From a virus, in IMG/VR virus record IMGVR_UViG_3300021492_000072: a DNA stretch of 64,000 nucleotides. One strand, given 5' to 3'. Made by a program: the position numbers and the translations under genes. The notes beneath the pieces are model-generated. The model saw only the letters and a program-made list of their open reading frames with translations, was not told where the DNA came from and ran no database searches. Below, in pieces: positions 36,700 to 46,109 of this stretch (positions are counted from its first letter, which is position 1; every line of letters starts with the position of its first letter).

Positions 36700-39600
36700 C
36701 TATCTAACTCAATTTTACCAGTTATTCCACTGTCTAGTTCAAGCCTCTTAGTTACTTCACTATCTAACCCAAGCTTTCGCTTACAAAATACTAGTGGAAT
36801 GAGAACCGTGTCAACGCTCCATGTAGTAGGAAGGGTAAGCTTTTTGAGCAGGACGTTAATGGGCAGCGTTTTGTAGTAAGCCAAACTGACCAACATTGTG
36901 TCGATGACAAATGAGGTAGTGATTTGGAGTTTCTGTAATAAGGCAGAACAAGAATAACTAGTGTCGAGGCCTAGTTTTCGTAGCAGAGCATCCACAGGCA
37001 TACTCTCTTCAAGTCCGAGAGACATGAGTAAAATGTCAATAACAGTTTGTGCTATTCGCTCTTTTGATAGTAGAACGTCAGTACTTAATTGTACTTCTCG
37101 TATGGTTGTGAGAAGGGTGTCAATTGGAAGACTTTGTGATAAAGCAAGCTTTTGTAACAACACGTCAATGGTGTTTTCGGTTGACAGGTTTAGAACCTTC
37201 AAAAGAGTATTGATTGTGATAGAACCTATTAACTGCTTTGATAGTAAAGAATCAGCTTGGAAGGTCACAGAGTCGGTTTTCTGTAGCAAAGTGTCAACGG
37301 TTGCTGAGGTTGTAACTCCTAATTTTTTAAGTAACGCGTTGATAGTTATAGACTCTTGGAACGCGCCACCGATGACAACGTCAATAGTAACTGATGTGTC
37401 TAGGTCTAATTTCTTTAGCAATGAGTCAATCGTAGTAGAAGTAGGTAGGTCAATCGCTTTGAGTAAAGCATCTAAGGTCAGCTGTGTAGAAAAGAGTGTT
37501 TGTATTAGTGTATCAATAGAAACTTGTGAAGTAAGGCCAAGAGACTGAAGCAGTGTATTAATTGTGGTCGTACTAGTTAGGGTCTTTTGTAGCGAAGCGT
37601 CGATAGAAGCGGAGGTAGAGAGGCCCAGGCCTTGGAGTAAGCTGTCCACAGTCAGAGTACTTTGCTTAGTTAATTTAAGTAGGACGTCCAGAGTCACACC
37701 AGATGACAACGCTTTTTGTAACAAGACGTCTATCGTGGTTGATGTATCAAAACCTAGCTTCTCAACCAAAGCGTCTATTGCGGCGCTGGAAGTTAAACCA
37801 ATCTTTTGAAGTAATGTGTCGACGGATGTTGAAGTTGTGATTCCTAATTTTTCAAGTAACGTGTTGATAGCTATAGATTCTTGGAACATAGCCCCAATGA
37901 CGGCGTCAATAGAAACAGATGTGTCTAAGTCTAACTTCTTTAGTAAGGAATCAATCGTGGTAGAAGTAGGCAAATTAACTGCTTTGAGTAAAGTATCTAA
38001 AGTCATACTAGACGACAGTGTTTTTTGTAACAGAACGTCTATTGTGGCGCTAGAAGTTAAACCAATCTTTTGAAGTAATGTGTCAACAGCTGCTGAGGTT
38101 GTGATTCCTAGCTTCTGAAGTACTATGTCGATAGTTACGGACTCTTGGAACATAGCTTTAATAACAGCATCGATCGTCGCAGAAGTGGAGAGCCCAAACT
38201 TTTTCAGCACCGAATCAATTGTGACCGAAGTTAAACCAGCTGACTGAAGCACAGCATCTATGAGAACTTCGGTACTTAATCCTAGCTTTTGAAGCAAGCC
38301 ATCTACTGTAAGAGAACTTTCCTTGATCGACTGAAGTAAGGTGTCAATTGTTATTGTTGATGTAAACGTCTTCTGTAGTAAGGTGCTGACCGTAACACTT
38401 TGTGTCAGCCCTAATTTTTCGAGTAGTGTGTCAACTGTTGACGATGTTGTTAAACCCAGAGCTTTCAGTAGGCCATCTACGCTAAGCGCTGAAAGAAGTG
38501 CTTTTTGTAGTAAGGCATCTATATTAAGCGCTTCCTCTAAGTCCTGCTTCTGTAGTAGAACGTCAGTGGTGACTTGTTCGGTTAGCCCAAGGGCTTGAAG
38601 CAAGCTGTCGGTTGTGTAAGAGGTTGTGTAAGCAGCTGATACGTACTCATCCGCCCCAATGTCCCAAGTTCCACTCCTAGTTTCGCCATCTATGTCATCA
38701 GTGAAAGCCAGATTCGGATCAGAGGATAAATCTACACCTGCATCCTTTGCACAAGTATCATTAGAGGCAAGATGGAAGTCATCATTGGCTTCATCTACAA
38801 AAGAAACTGTGCAAGTTTTTGAGTTAGCACCAGGGGCATCACCAGAGATATCTGAGATGTTGTAGTCAGAATCGGGGTCAAAATCACCATTATACCCATC
38901 AGTGCAATTTTGGACAAGATTATTTTTTGCCACAATATCTTGATAGCCTGATGAATAAATACCGACATTACAATTATAAATCGTGTTATTATAAGCATAA
39001 ACCTTCTGCCCTGCTGTGCTTATCCTTGCATCAATTCCATCCGAACTGTTAAAATCATAAATAATATTGTTCCAAATTTTTACAGGACCTTCAGATGTAT
39101 TCCCTATTATTCCTTTTGCTAAATTTCCATTACATCCCCAAATGATATTGTATGATACCTCATAATGAGGAGCATCCCTAACATCCAGAGCATGGTTATA
39201 ATCACCAGGCCCCGTTTGTCTAATTTGAAGTCCCTCAATTTTTGTATAAGGTTCGTTGATATGAAGTGCATAAGAATCAGCGTTATTAACTATTCTATAC
39301 TTACTATCGTTCCACTTTCCATCATGCCGATATCCTTCACTTGGGTCAGTCCAGATTTTGATATAACGAGTAGCATCAGTATCCCAACCATCAACAGTCG
39401 CTCTATCATCTGCACTTCCACCCGTGCATCTACATTTAGCAACTGCTATCTCACCGTCTTGATAAGCGAAAGTATCTATATCACAAGACGCCCCAGAGTC
39501 ATCACCAGTTATAGTATCATCAACAGTAGGAGTGCCGCTTGAGAGTTCATACCGCATATAAGAAGAATTATCTGTCTCGATCATCACTCCCGTTGCACCA

Positions 39601-39776
39601 GAGGGACTAAATGATAGAGTTTCGCCACCAGTAAACGTTCCACTATGATTAGAAGTATTAGCCCTCTGCATATTAGGCAGATTACGCTGTTCTCCTGCCT
39701 CCCAAGCAGAAAGAGAGGTGTAATCCGTTCCCGTACTATTATCTGGGTCAACCACTTTTACGACTTCAGTCGCCAT
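36684..39776 (-). CDS. Fibre/spike protein: N-terminal parallel beta-helix (pectate-lyase-like) head + long [IV]DxLLxK repeat stalk
   Basis: DYTSLSAWEA, NNIIY, NNTIYNC, DFHL, DIDGETR..WDIGADEY; then ~16-17-aa repeats. Confidence 0.8.
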   Translation of the reverse strand: MATEVVKVVDPDNSTGTDYTSLSAWEAGEQRNLPNMQRANTSNHSGTFTGGETLSFSPSGATGVMIETDNSSYMRYELSSGTPTVDDTITGDDSGASCDIDTFAYQDGEIAVAKCRCTGGSADDRATVDGWDTDATRYIKIWTDPSEGYRHDGKWNDSKYRIVNNADSYALHINEPYTKIEGLQIRQTGPGDYNHALDVRDAPHYEVSYNIIWGCNGNLAKGIIGNTSEGPVKIWNNIIYDFNSSDGIDARISTAGQKVYAYNNTIYNCNVGIYSSGYQDIVAKNNLVQNCTDGYNGDFDPDSDYNISDISGDAPGANSKTCTVSFVDEANDDFHLASNDTCAKDAGVDLSSDPNLAFTDDIDGETRSGTWDIGADEYVSAAYTTSYTTDSLLQALGLTEQVTTDVLLQKQDLEEALNIDALLQKALLSALSVDGLLKALGLTTSSTVDTLLEKLGLTQSVTVSTLLQKTFTSTITIDTLLQSIKESSLTVDGLLQKLGLSTEVLIDAVLQSAGLTSVTIDSVLKKFGLSTSATIDAVIKAMFQESVTIDIVLQKLGITTSAAVDTLLQKIGLTSSATIDVLLQKTLSSSMTLDTLLKAVNLPTSTTIDSLLKKLDLDTSVSIDAVIGAMFQESIAINTLLEKLGITTSTSVDTLLQKIGLTSSAAIDALVEKLGFDTSTTIDVLLQKALSSGVTLDVLLKLTKQSTLTVDSLLQGLGLSTSASIDASLQKTLTSTTTINTLLQSLGLTSQVSIDTLIQTLFSTQLTLDALLKAIDLPTSTTIDSLLKKLDLDTSVTIDVVIGGAFQESITINALLKKLGVTTSATVDTLLQKTDSVTFQADSLLSKQLIGSITINTLLKVLNLSTENTIDVLLQKLALSQSLPIDTLLTTIREVQLSTDVLLSKERIAQTVIDILLMSLGLEESMPVDALLRKLGLDTSYSCSALLQKLQITTSFVIDTMLVSLAYYKTLPINVLLKKLTLPTTWSVDTVLIPLVFCKRKLGLDSEVTKRLELDSGITGKIELDSWVAK

Positions 39777-40291
39777 TACTGTCTCTGGTCAATAATTTTC
39801 AGATCTTTTGCGCTCATTTCTACTATGCCTTTTTTCAAGTCGTTCTCAATCTTGCCAATGTCAACTCTATATCGCCTCCTAGCCACCGTATAAATTTCTG
39901 GTTCTTCTTCAATTCTTATATCATAATCTTCTTCGCTTATGTTTATTCCAAAATGAGTTAACTCTTGAGCGGCCAACCTGCATTTCTCCAGACACTCTTT
40001 TTGTGCGGCATCTCTATCTGAGCTTGAAACAAAAACACCGAGCTTATCTGATAACGCAGTATACCTGGTCCCCAGACTTATCTCATGGGGTTGCACTAGG
40101 TGTCGTACATCTTTGATTTCTACATCTTTTATGCGTAGAATGTAAAACTTTTGCTTGTTTAGCTCTTCTTTGCCCCATTTACAGGGACTGGGTTTAGCCA
40201 CGACAACATATCCCTTTTTGTAACAACCCCTCAGATCCTTCACTTCGTTTTGGTGGGTCACATCCGTGGCTTTCACAAGTAATTCAACCAT
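39776..40291 (-). CDS. Hypothetical protein
   Basis: Coupled to the fibre gene. Confidence 0.7.
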   Translation of the reverse strand: MVELLVKATDVTHQNEVKDLRGCYKKGYVVVAKPSPCKWGKEELNKQKFYILRIKDVEIKDVRHLVQPHEISLGTRYTALSDKLGVFVSSSDRDAAQKECLEKCRLAAQELTHFGINISEEDYDIRIEEEPEIYTVARRRYRVDIGKIENDLKKGIVEMSAKDLKIIDQRQ

Positions 40292-40293
40292 AC

Positions 40294-40698
40294 CTAATCC
40301 CCCAACAATAAAATGAAATTCCCTGGTGTAGCAGGTTTGGGATATGGTATGTAGATCGTAGCCTCAGCTTTGTCTGACTCCTCGTCCGCATTTTTCGCAG
40401 TCAGACCGAAAGTGTAGTTTTGGCCAGGGATCACATCGTATGTAAAAGTTTCTTCGAAGCTTTTGGCACCAGCCTCATCACACTTTGAGGTGAACTCTTG
40501 AATTTCTGTCCAAGTGTCATCTGGGTTCTTCAGGTACAGTGTGAATCTTATCTCCCATTCAGGACAGTCGTAGTCCCACTTCGCTGTGAACTCTTCTGCT
40601 ACAGACTCAGGGATAATAATGTGTGTGTGTACCACTGCCTGTGATAGTATAGGCAGAAGAAACAAAATAAAGGCTAATACAATAATAAACTTTCTCAT
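40294..40698 (-). CDS. Signal-peptide-bearing fibronectin type III-like protein
   Basis: MRKFIIVLAFILFLLPILSQA; PGQNYTFGLTAKN..EESD; PATP. Confidence 0.65.
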   Translation of the reverse strand: MRKFIIVLAFILFLLPILSQAVVHTHIIIPESVAEEFTAKWDYDCPEWEIRFTLYLKNPDDTWTEIQEFTSKCDEAGAKSFEETFTYDVIPGQNYTFGLTAKNADEESDKAEATIYIPYPKPATPGNFILLLGD

Positions 40699-40886
40699 TC
40701 TCTTACCCCCTTTCCGTAAAGTCTTCTAAACAACCTAACCATTTCATTCTTCACCTTCCTGTTGGGCCCAACATAAATCAGGGCCTCCATTTCTACAACC
40801 ACCATCTCTTTCTTCCTCAATTGAATCATATCATACCACACTTTTATCCACCACTCATCATCGTACTTCTCCAATCTCCACTTCAC
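40695..40886 (-). CDS. Hypothetical protein
   Basis: Overlapping neighbours in operon. Confidence 0.55.
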   Translation of the reverse strand: MKWRLEKYDDEWWIKVWYDMIQLRKKEMVVVEMEALIYVGPNRKVKNEMVRLFRRLYGKGVRE

Positions 40887-41316
40887 TTACAGTTCCCTGC
40901 TCAGTGATCTCTAATCTCTTTTTTGAGTTCTCTAACACGTAGACAGTTGGCAGCCTAGCGACTCCGCTCTTACCATATTTGACCTTATTTCGTCGATAAA
41001 TTTTAAAGTAACCGTCCACAACCGAAAGCTCATAAATAGGGTTGTTAGTTGGAATTACTAGCTTCCCCTTCTTCGTCAGTACGTGAAACATTCGCACACT
41101 AAAAGGGTACCATCCAATCTTCACTATATCACCTTTAGGAATATCTCCGAAGTAGACTTCTGTTCCGTCAGGTGTAAACTGAGAAACAGCTAGCCCTGAC
41201 TTGTACTGCACTATCCAAAAATAGACTAACGGACGCTCTAGATCACCTTTAAATCTCATCCCAGACGAATGTGTAGGTAATGTCAGCCTGTTCACCTTGT
41301 GTGGCATCAGAAGCAA
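40858..41316 (-). CDS. Hypothetical protein (likely start at MRFKG, 41259)
   Basis: ORF in operon. Confidence 0.65.
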   Translation of the reverse strand: MLLMPHKVNRLTLPTHSSGMRFKGDLERPLVYFWIVQYKSGLAVSQFTPDGTEVYFGDIPKGDIVKIGWYPFSVRMFHVLTKKGKLVIPTNNPIYELSVVDGYFKIYRRNKVKYGKSGVARLPTVYVLENSKKRLEITEQGTVSEVEIGEVR

Positions 41317-41818
41317 CCTTTACTTGAGTTACAATATGTTTAGTCCTCCCGGCAGAGGTATACTCTCCACTATCTACCTGCATCTTATTTGTCTCAGAAT
41401 ACGTGCTAATATCCGTGGTTGGGGTTGTCTGCCCATTGTAGTAGGAGTGTCCACTTGTCCCATCCTCAATCGCATCACCGGATGTACCCGGAGTACCAGT
41501 TGCCTGGTCATAGCTAGCATCGGGGCACCCATGATCGCCAGAGTCTCTTTGGCCAACCCTTACTTCACCACCCGTGCCAAGCGTCCACGAATACGAGCTT
41601 GGGTACCACCTGATATTGCTTACTTTAGTGAAAGTGCCTCCCGCGATGTTTAAACAATGTGACTTCCAATACGAGTAATTAAACCCACTAGATGGGATGG
41701 GGATAGGGTTACTAGTCCCTGGGTTGTAGTCGTCAGCGGTACAATACCGAGCCGCGGTTACCACCGACCAAGTGGGTCCTGATCCATTTCCTTCTCTGAT
41801 TTCAACTGTTGCTGCCAT
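41249..41818 (-). CDS. Virion structural protein, first gene of the fibre operon
   Basis: GGAGGAGGAG SD; NPIPIP...NYSYWK ... TFVWDEI. Confidence 0.7.
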   Translation of the reverse strand: MAATVEIREGNGSGPTWSVVTAARYCTADDYNPGTSNPIPIPSSGFNYSYWKSHCLNIAGGTFTKVSNIRWYPSSYSWTLGTGGEVRVGQRDSGDHGCPDASYDQATGTPGTSGDAIEDGTSGHSYYNGQTTPTTDISTYSETNKMQVDSGEYTSAGRTKHIVTQVKVASDATQGEQADITYTFVWDEI

Positions 41819-41950
41819 ACTCCTCCTCCTCCTCTTTATTGAGTTTTCTTCTTCGCTTGTAACCGCTGTTAGTCATTCAGTCAAGCGGCTTGTGAACTTA
41901 CTTCTTGACGGTGAAACCAAAATCATAGATATTATTGGACGGAGGTAGAC

Positions 41951-43843
41951 ATGAAGACAACTATAATCACTTTTGATGAACAGAAGGGTGTTTTAATACA
42001 GCACTTGCTGCAATGGAAAGACTTCCCTAAGATAGTAGCGTGCGATGAATCCGATCGAACTTTGTACAGAGAGTTGGGGTGTAAAACAGTTCCACGTGGA
42101 ATGAACTTCCTTGAAACGTTTAAGCGCCTAATCTCAGCAGTTAACACCGAGACGTTTACCTTTATCTACCCAGGATGCTTCGTAAATCCTAATTACTTCC
42201 TGGAAGCAGCTAACATCTTAAGAGCACCTAATGTAGGCTTACTAGCACCAGGTCTGGATGTTGCAGCTGGACCACAAGCGGCTAGCCAACACATTCAGTT
42301 CAGACAATCAGTAAGAGTAGCACCATGGTGTTTTAGTGGACGTACCTCACAAATTAAGTCGAGCTTAAACACCAAACATCTTTTAACAGGCTTTGATGTA
42401 GTCCCCTACATTTGTACTACTCTCGCCTTAGAAGGCTCGTTTCAAGTTGTATGTTCCAAATATATCCTCCAAGTACCAGTAAGCTTAAAGGATCGTGTAA
42501 AAGAAGCTGATTTAGGACATTACTTACTAACCCAACCTGTTAAGCCACTCAACCCCGTGCTCGTTTACACAGGACGTGGTAGGGTCCCACCTCATGCAGC
42601 GGCGTTATTCTCAAAAGTAATAAAAGCACCGCTTGAGTCGGTGGAGCAGCCACGTGACGCGTTAGTGTTCGTATTAAACGAGGGAGAGGATTTTGACCCC
42701 TCAGTAACTAAAGAGAAGATCAAAAGATTGTGTACACCTGTTGACCCAGCAACGCTTGCTTACTACGTGTGCGTTGTTGACGTGTGGAATGAGTATAAAG
42801 TCGGGAACCTTAATTGGTCCCTCAGAGCCTTACGGAGTGGTACCCCAAAACTAAACTCCATAATTCAATCGAACCCAGAACTAATCCCTGGAGACGCAAA
42901 GCGAACCTCAGGGGTTGTTATTCGCAGGGGACTAAAGGACCTGCCGAGAGCAACACTAACGGTTCAACCCTTCACCCCTCCTTCTCTCACAATAGCTACT
43001 ATTATGAAGAACGAGAAGGACCGGCTCGCGGCTTATTTGAGTTTAACTCTCCCGTTTGCTGACGAAGTATTATTGGTTGATACGGGCTCACGGGACAAGT
43101 CGGATAAGCACGCTAGAAAGTTCGGTGCGAGGGTTATAAACTTCAAGTTCAGAGATCACTTCGCCGAAGCGAGGAATGCGTATTTAAAGGAGTGTAAAAC
43201 TAAGTGGTTGCTCCACTTAGACATAGATGAGGTAACGGACTTCAAGAAAGTAATGAACTTAATTTTATCGGACCTCCCATCAGTAGATGGAGTTCAACTT
43301 CAGGTGTTGAACGTCATGAAGCGTACTCGCTCGTATGTACATCAAGACGCGGTCCGCATCATCAAGAACCCGAACTCGTGGTACTATACAGGAAGAGTTC
43401 ACGAAACTGTAGAAGAGTGTGCCGCAAAACACTCTAAATCTTTAATCAGGGCATCTGGGTTAGTCATATATCATTTTGGTTACCTCTCCTCCAATGTCCC
43501 TAGCAAGTTAGAGTACTATCGGAAGCTTAACGAATTACAAATGCAGGAAAACCCATACGACTGCCGACCTTACTTTAACCTTGCCCTACACGAGTTAAAT
43601 CACCAGGAGTTAACTGATGAACAAATTGATAAAGTTATTAGAATGTTGAAGAGAAGTATAGAATTACACAGCACTTTCGTACTTGCGAAATATGAGTTAA
43701 GCCGATGTTACTGCTTAAAGGCTCTCCAACTTATAGAGGATATCATGCAGCTTGCACCTCGTGATCATCCCTTATATAAAGAGGTGAGTGAGGTGTACAC
43801 CCTCTTGAAGAACTACACACGACGTATTATAGTTGAAGAATGA
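41951..43843 (+). CDS. Multidomain glycosyltransferase (degenerate GT-A + GT2 + TPR)
   Basis: IMKNE, VDTGSRD, FAEARN, LDIDE, YTGRVHE, IYHFGY; PYFNLA TPR-like helices. Confidence 0.88.
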   Translation: MKTTIITFDEQKGVLIQHLLQWKDFPKIVACDESDRTLYRELGCKTVPRGMNFLETFKRLISAVNTETFTFIYPGCFVNPNYFLEAANILRAPNVGLLAPGLDVAAGPQAASQHIQFRQSVRVAPWCFSGRTSQIKSSLNTKHLLTGFDVVPYICTTLALEGSFQVVCSKYILQVPVSLKDRVKEADLGHYLLTQPVKPLNPVLVYTGRGRVPPHAAALFSKVIKAPLESVEQPRDALVFVLNEGEDFDPSVTKEKIKRLCTPVDPATLAYYVCVVDVWNEYKVGNLNWSLRALRSGTPKLNSIIQSNPELIPGDAKRTSGVVIRRGLKDLPRATLTVQPFTPPSLTIATIMKNEKDRLAAYLSLTLPFADEVLLVDTGSRDKSDKHARKFGARVINFKFRDHFAEARNAYLKECKTKWLLHLDIDEVTDFKKVMNLILSDLPSVDGVQLQVLNVMKRTRSYVHQDAVRIIKNPNSWYYTGRVHETVEECAAKHSKSLIRASGLVIYHFGYLSSNVPSKLEYYRKLNELQMQENPYDCRPYFNLALHELNHQELTDEQIDKVIRMLKRSIELHSTFVLAKYELSRCYCLKALQLIEDIMQLAPRDHPLYKEVSEVYTLLKNYTRRIIVEE

Positions 43844-45167
43844 AGAATTTGTTACGTCATAACCCGCTGTTTGAATGGTTTGACCTTGCTTAAGAAAGGA
43901 TGAATAAGAGGGGATGTCACCGATTCCTTTCTCTTCTTCTTCGATAGATCGCGGCAAGAATGGCAGCAACGACACCAATTGTAGCTCCAGCGTACATAAG
44001 AGGTTTTCCAAATTTAAGCCCAAGTTTAGAGATATCTCTCGAGGCATCAAGTATGTCAGACTGGTTTTTTGCCATCCATGAGGCACCTTTTAGCGCTTTT
44101 ACTGGATCTTGTTTAAACCCCTTTTTAAAGAGATTAAACATCAGTGCGTTGTCTTTTACCGCAGCATGTGCGGCCCCTGACGCAACACCAATACCAGATA
44201 ATAATAACCCCGCCCCAGCAGTAATCCCACCAAAGTTAACAAGTGATTTCAGTGCGCTTTCACGCCAATCGTGATAAGCATCTACTTTATCCTTTGGAAT
44301 AAAAACACGCCTACCAGTCTTTGTTGTAACCCAATATCCTAGTTTACCTTTCCACTCTGTCAGTTTTGCCTTTGTGGGTGTCTTACGTTCCAACGACCTT
44401 TTTATCGCTTCTAGCGTTTTAGTTCCAGCTTCAACTACTTGCTTTACACCATATACAAATTCGCCAAAAATAAGTCCTATTTTCTTATCTACAACAACAA
44501 ATACTTTAAAAGCCGGATTAGTGGTGGTAGGATTAAACGCAGTGTTCAAACCTAGACTATACGCTTCAGGAGAAACAATCTGAGGAGGGGGTGATGGTTT
44601 CGTTTTACTTATTTCTTTAAGAAATTCTTTACATAATTGACTAAAAGCGTTATTAGGCGCTTTACTTCCTAAGGCTACACATTCTGCTACGTTAGATTGC
44701 ACATAAGCAACATCGCCTAATGATCTATATTTAGCGGCTAACTTATCAACCGGTCCCGTTTGATACAAAATACTACGTAATTTTGGGTAATACTTTTGAA
44801 AAAGTGGTACATGAGTTATGATTACAGTCAATGCTATCCCACGTGCTCCAAATCTTGTAGAAATACGAGGACTTACTTTCGACACACCTAAAACTAAACC
44901 GTATTTCTTCATTTCTTCATTTACCCCCTCTTTCTTCATCTCCATCTAAACTCAAGATGTAAAGGGCGTCAAGCCCTGGGTGATCAAAGACATATAGGAG
45001 AGGAAGAGACTGAACTTGAAAGTTTGTAAGTTTCGTCTTATAGAAATCATTATGCAGCTTGCACCTCGTGATCATCCCTTATATAAAGAGGTGAGTGAGG
45101 TGTACATTCACACGTCGTATTATAGTTGAAGAATGAAGAATTTGCTACGACATAACCCATTGTTTGA
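43730..45167. mobile_element. Moron-like insertion bounded by ~140-bp direct repeats (43730-43874 and 45037-45167)
   Basis: Both copies contain the GT gene 3' end and the MKNLLRHNPLFE start; a single opposite-strand gene with its own CTTGAC lies between. Confidence 0.8.
43917..44945 (-). CDS. Fusion of the 32292-type domain with tag + glycine-zipper module
   Basis: GPVDKLA..GDVAYVQSN; LTEWKGKLGYWVTTKTGRRVFIP; two Gly/Ala TM helices. Confidence 0.85.
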   Translation of the reverse strand: MEMKKEGVNEEMKKYGLVLGVSKVSPRISTRFGARGIALTVIITHVPLFQKYYPKLRSILYQTGPVDKLAAKYRSLGDVAYVQSNVAECVALGSKAPNNAFSQLCKEFLKEISKTKPSPPPQIVSPEAYSLGLNTAFNPTTTNPAFKVFVVVDKKIGLIFGEFVYGVKQVVEAGTKTLEAIKRSLERKTPTKAKLTEWKGKLGYWVTTKTGRRVFIPKDKVDAYHDWRESALKSLVNFGGITAGAGLLLSGIGVASGAAHAAVKDNALMFNLFKKGFKQDPVKALKGASWMAKNQSDILDASRDISKLGLKFGKPLMYAGATIGVVAAILAAIYRRRRERNR

Positions 45168-45732
45168 GCGACGCTGTCAGGACTTTACCGTTCGACGGTA
45201 TACACCCTGCATTTCACCTTCCCTCAAATGTCACAAAAATCGGCCCGTCAACATTTCAGCTATCATTAAACCTAAGTCGCAACTTAGGTTGATCCGCACT
45301 GATGTTGGGGATAAAGTGAATTGTAGTGTAGTAGGAAACACAGTAGAGACGTTAATTTTAGAAACCCAAGTGCCATCTACTACAAGCGCTGAGTACTCCT
45401 ACTTGGACTACATTCAATGTGACATAGATTGCCAAGTAAGCTGCTATGTAAACAGACCTGAGGCGCAACTGCAGTTGGGCACTATAAAAGGTGCTCTTGT
45501 TGAAGCCAAAAAGGCGCTAGGAATGGATGAGCTTGGCAGGCTGGTTTTTATCAACACACAAGTGTTAGTGTGCTTACCCTCTGTGTTTTCGATCATGGCG
45601 GGTGATACAGTAGAATCCTCAAGCGGCGTTTACGAAATTAAGTCGGTGAACCCCGCCTATAACCCGCGTGGTGAACTCGAATTCTTAGAGTGTGATGTAA
45701 CACAACTGTTCGACCCCGGAGCACGCTCATGA
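45133..45732 (+). CDS. Putative head-closure protein
   Basis: Position; C-terminal AGDTV...YEIKSVNP. Confidence 0.55.
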   Translation: MKNLLRHNPLFERRCQDFTVRRYTPCISPSLKCHKNRPVNISAIIKPKSQLRLIRTDVGDKVNCSVVGNTVETLILETQVPSTTSAEYSYLDYIQCDIDCQVSCYVNRPEAQLQLGTIKGALVEAKKALGMDELGRLVFINTQVLVCLPSVFSIMAGDTVESSSGVYEIKSVNPAYNPRGELEFLECDVTQLFDPGARS

Positions 45733-46109
45733 GACTAACGGTTAGAACAAAAAACCCGACCTACATACAATCTGACTTAGAACAAAGAAAAAAGCGTACA
45801 ATAGAAGTGATTTACAGCGAGATCCTGAAGCTCGTGTCAGCCAGGCCTATGAGTAGGGAGGAGCTACGTTTCTCTGGACATCCATATGCGCGTCGGCATG
45901 GGCTCAAATACGTTGAACCTGTTGTACACTTAAACACAGGGCGCTTGAAGAGCGCAATTAAAGTAAGGCGTGGCGGGGTTGTGTTCGACCTCAGTGATTG
46001 TCCTTACATAGAATATGTCCGAAAAGGTACGCGAACGATGTTACCTCGGTGGTTCGTGAAAGAGGCAATAAAGAACGCGCAACCCGAGTTGAGGAAAATT
46101 TGGCGATGA
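45729..46109 (+). CDS. Neck/tail-completion protein (HK97 gp10-like)
   Basis: TGRLKSAI, Y..YVxKGTRTMxPRxF. Confidence 0.75.
   Translation: MRLTVRTKNPTYIQSDLEQRKKRTIEVIYSEILKLVSARPMSREELRFSGHPYARRHGLKYVEPVVHLNTGRLKSAIKVRRGGVVFDLSDCPYIEYVRKGTRTMLPRWFVKEAIKNAQPELRKIWR

Noticed and set aside
34442-38865. Plus-strand ORFs over the fibre genes
   Set aside because: Antisense shadows of the repeat-coding minus-strand genes; no SD.
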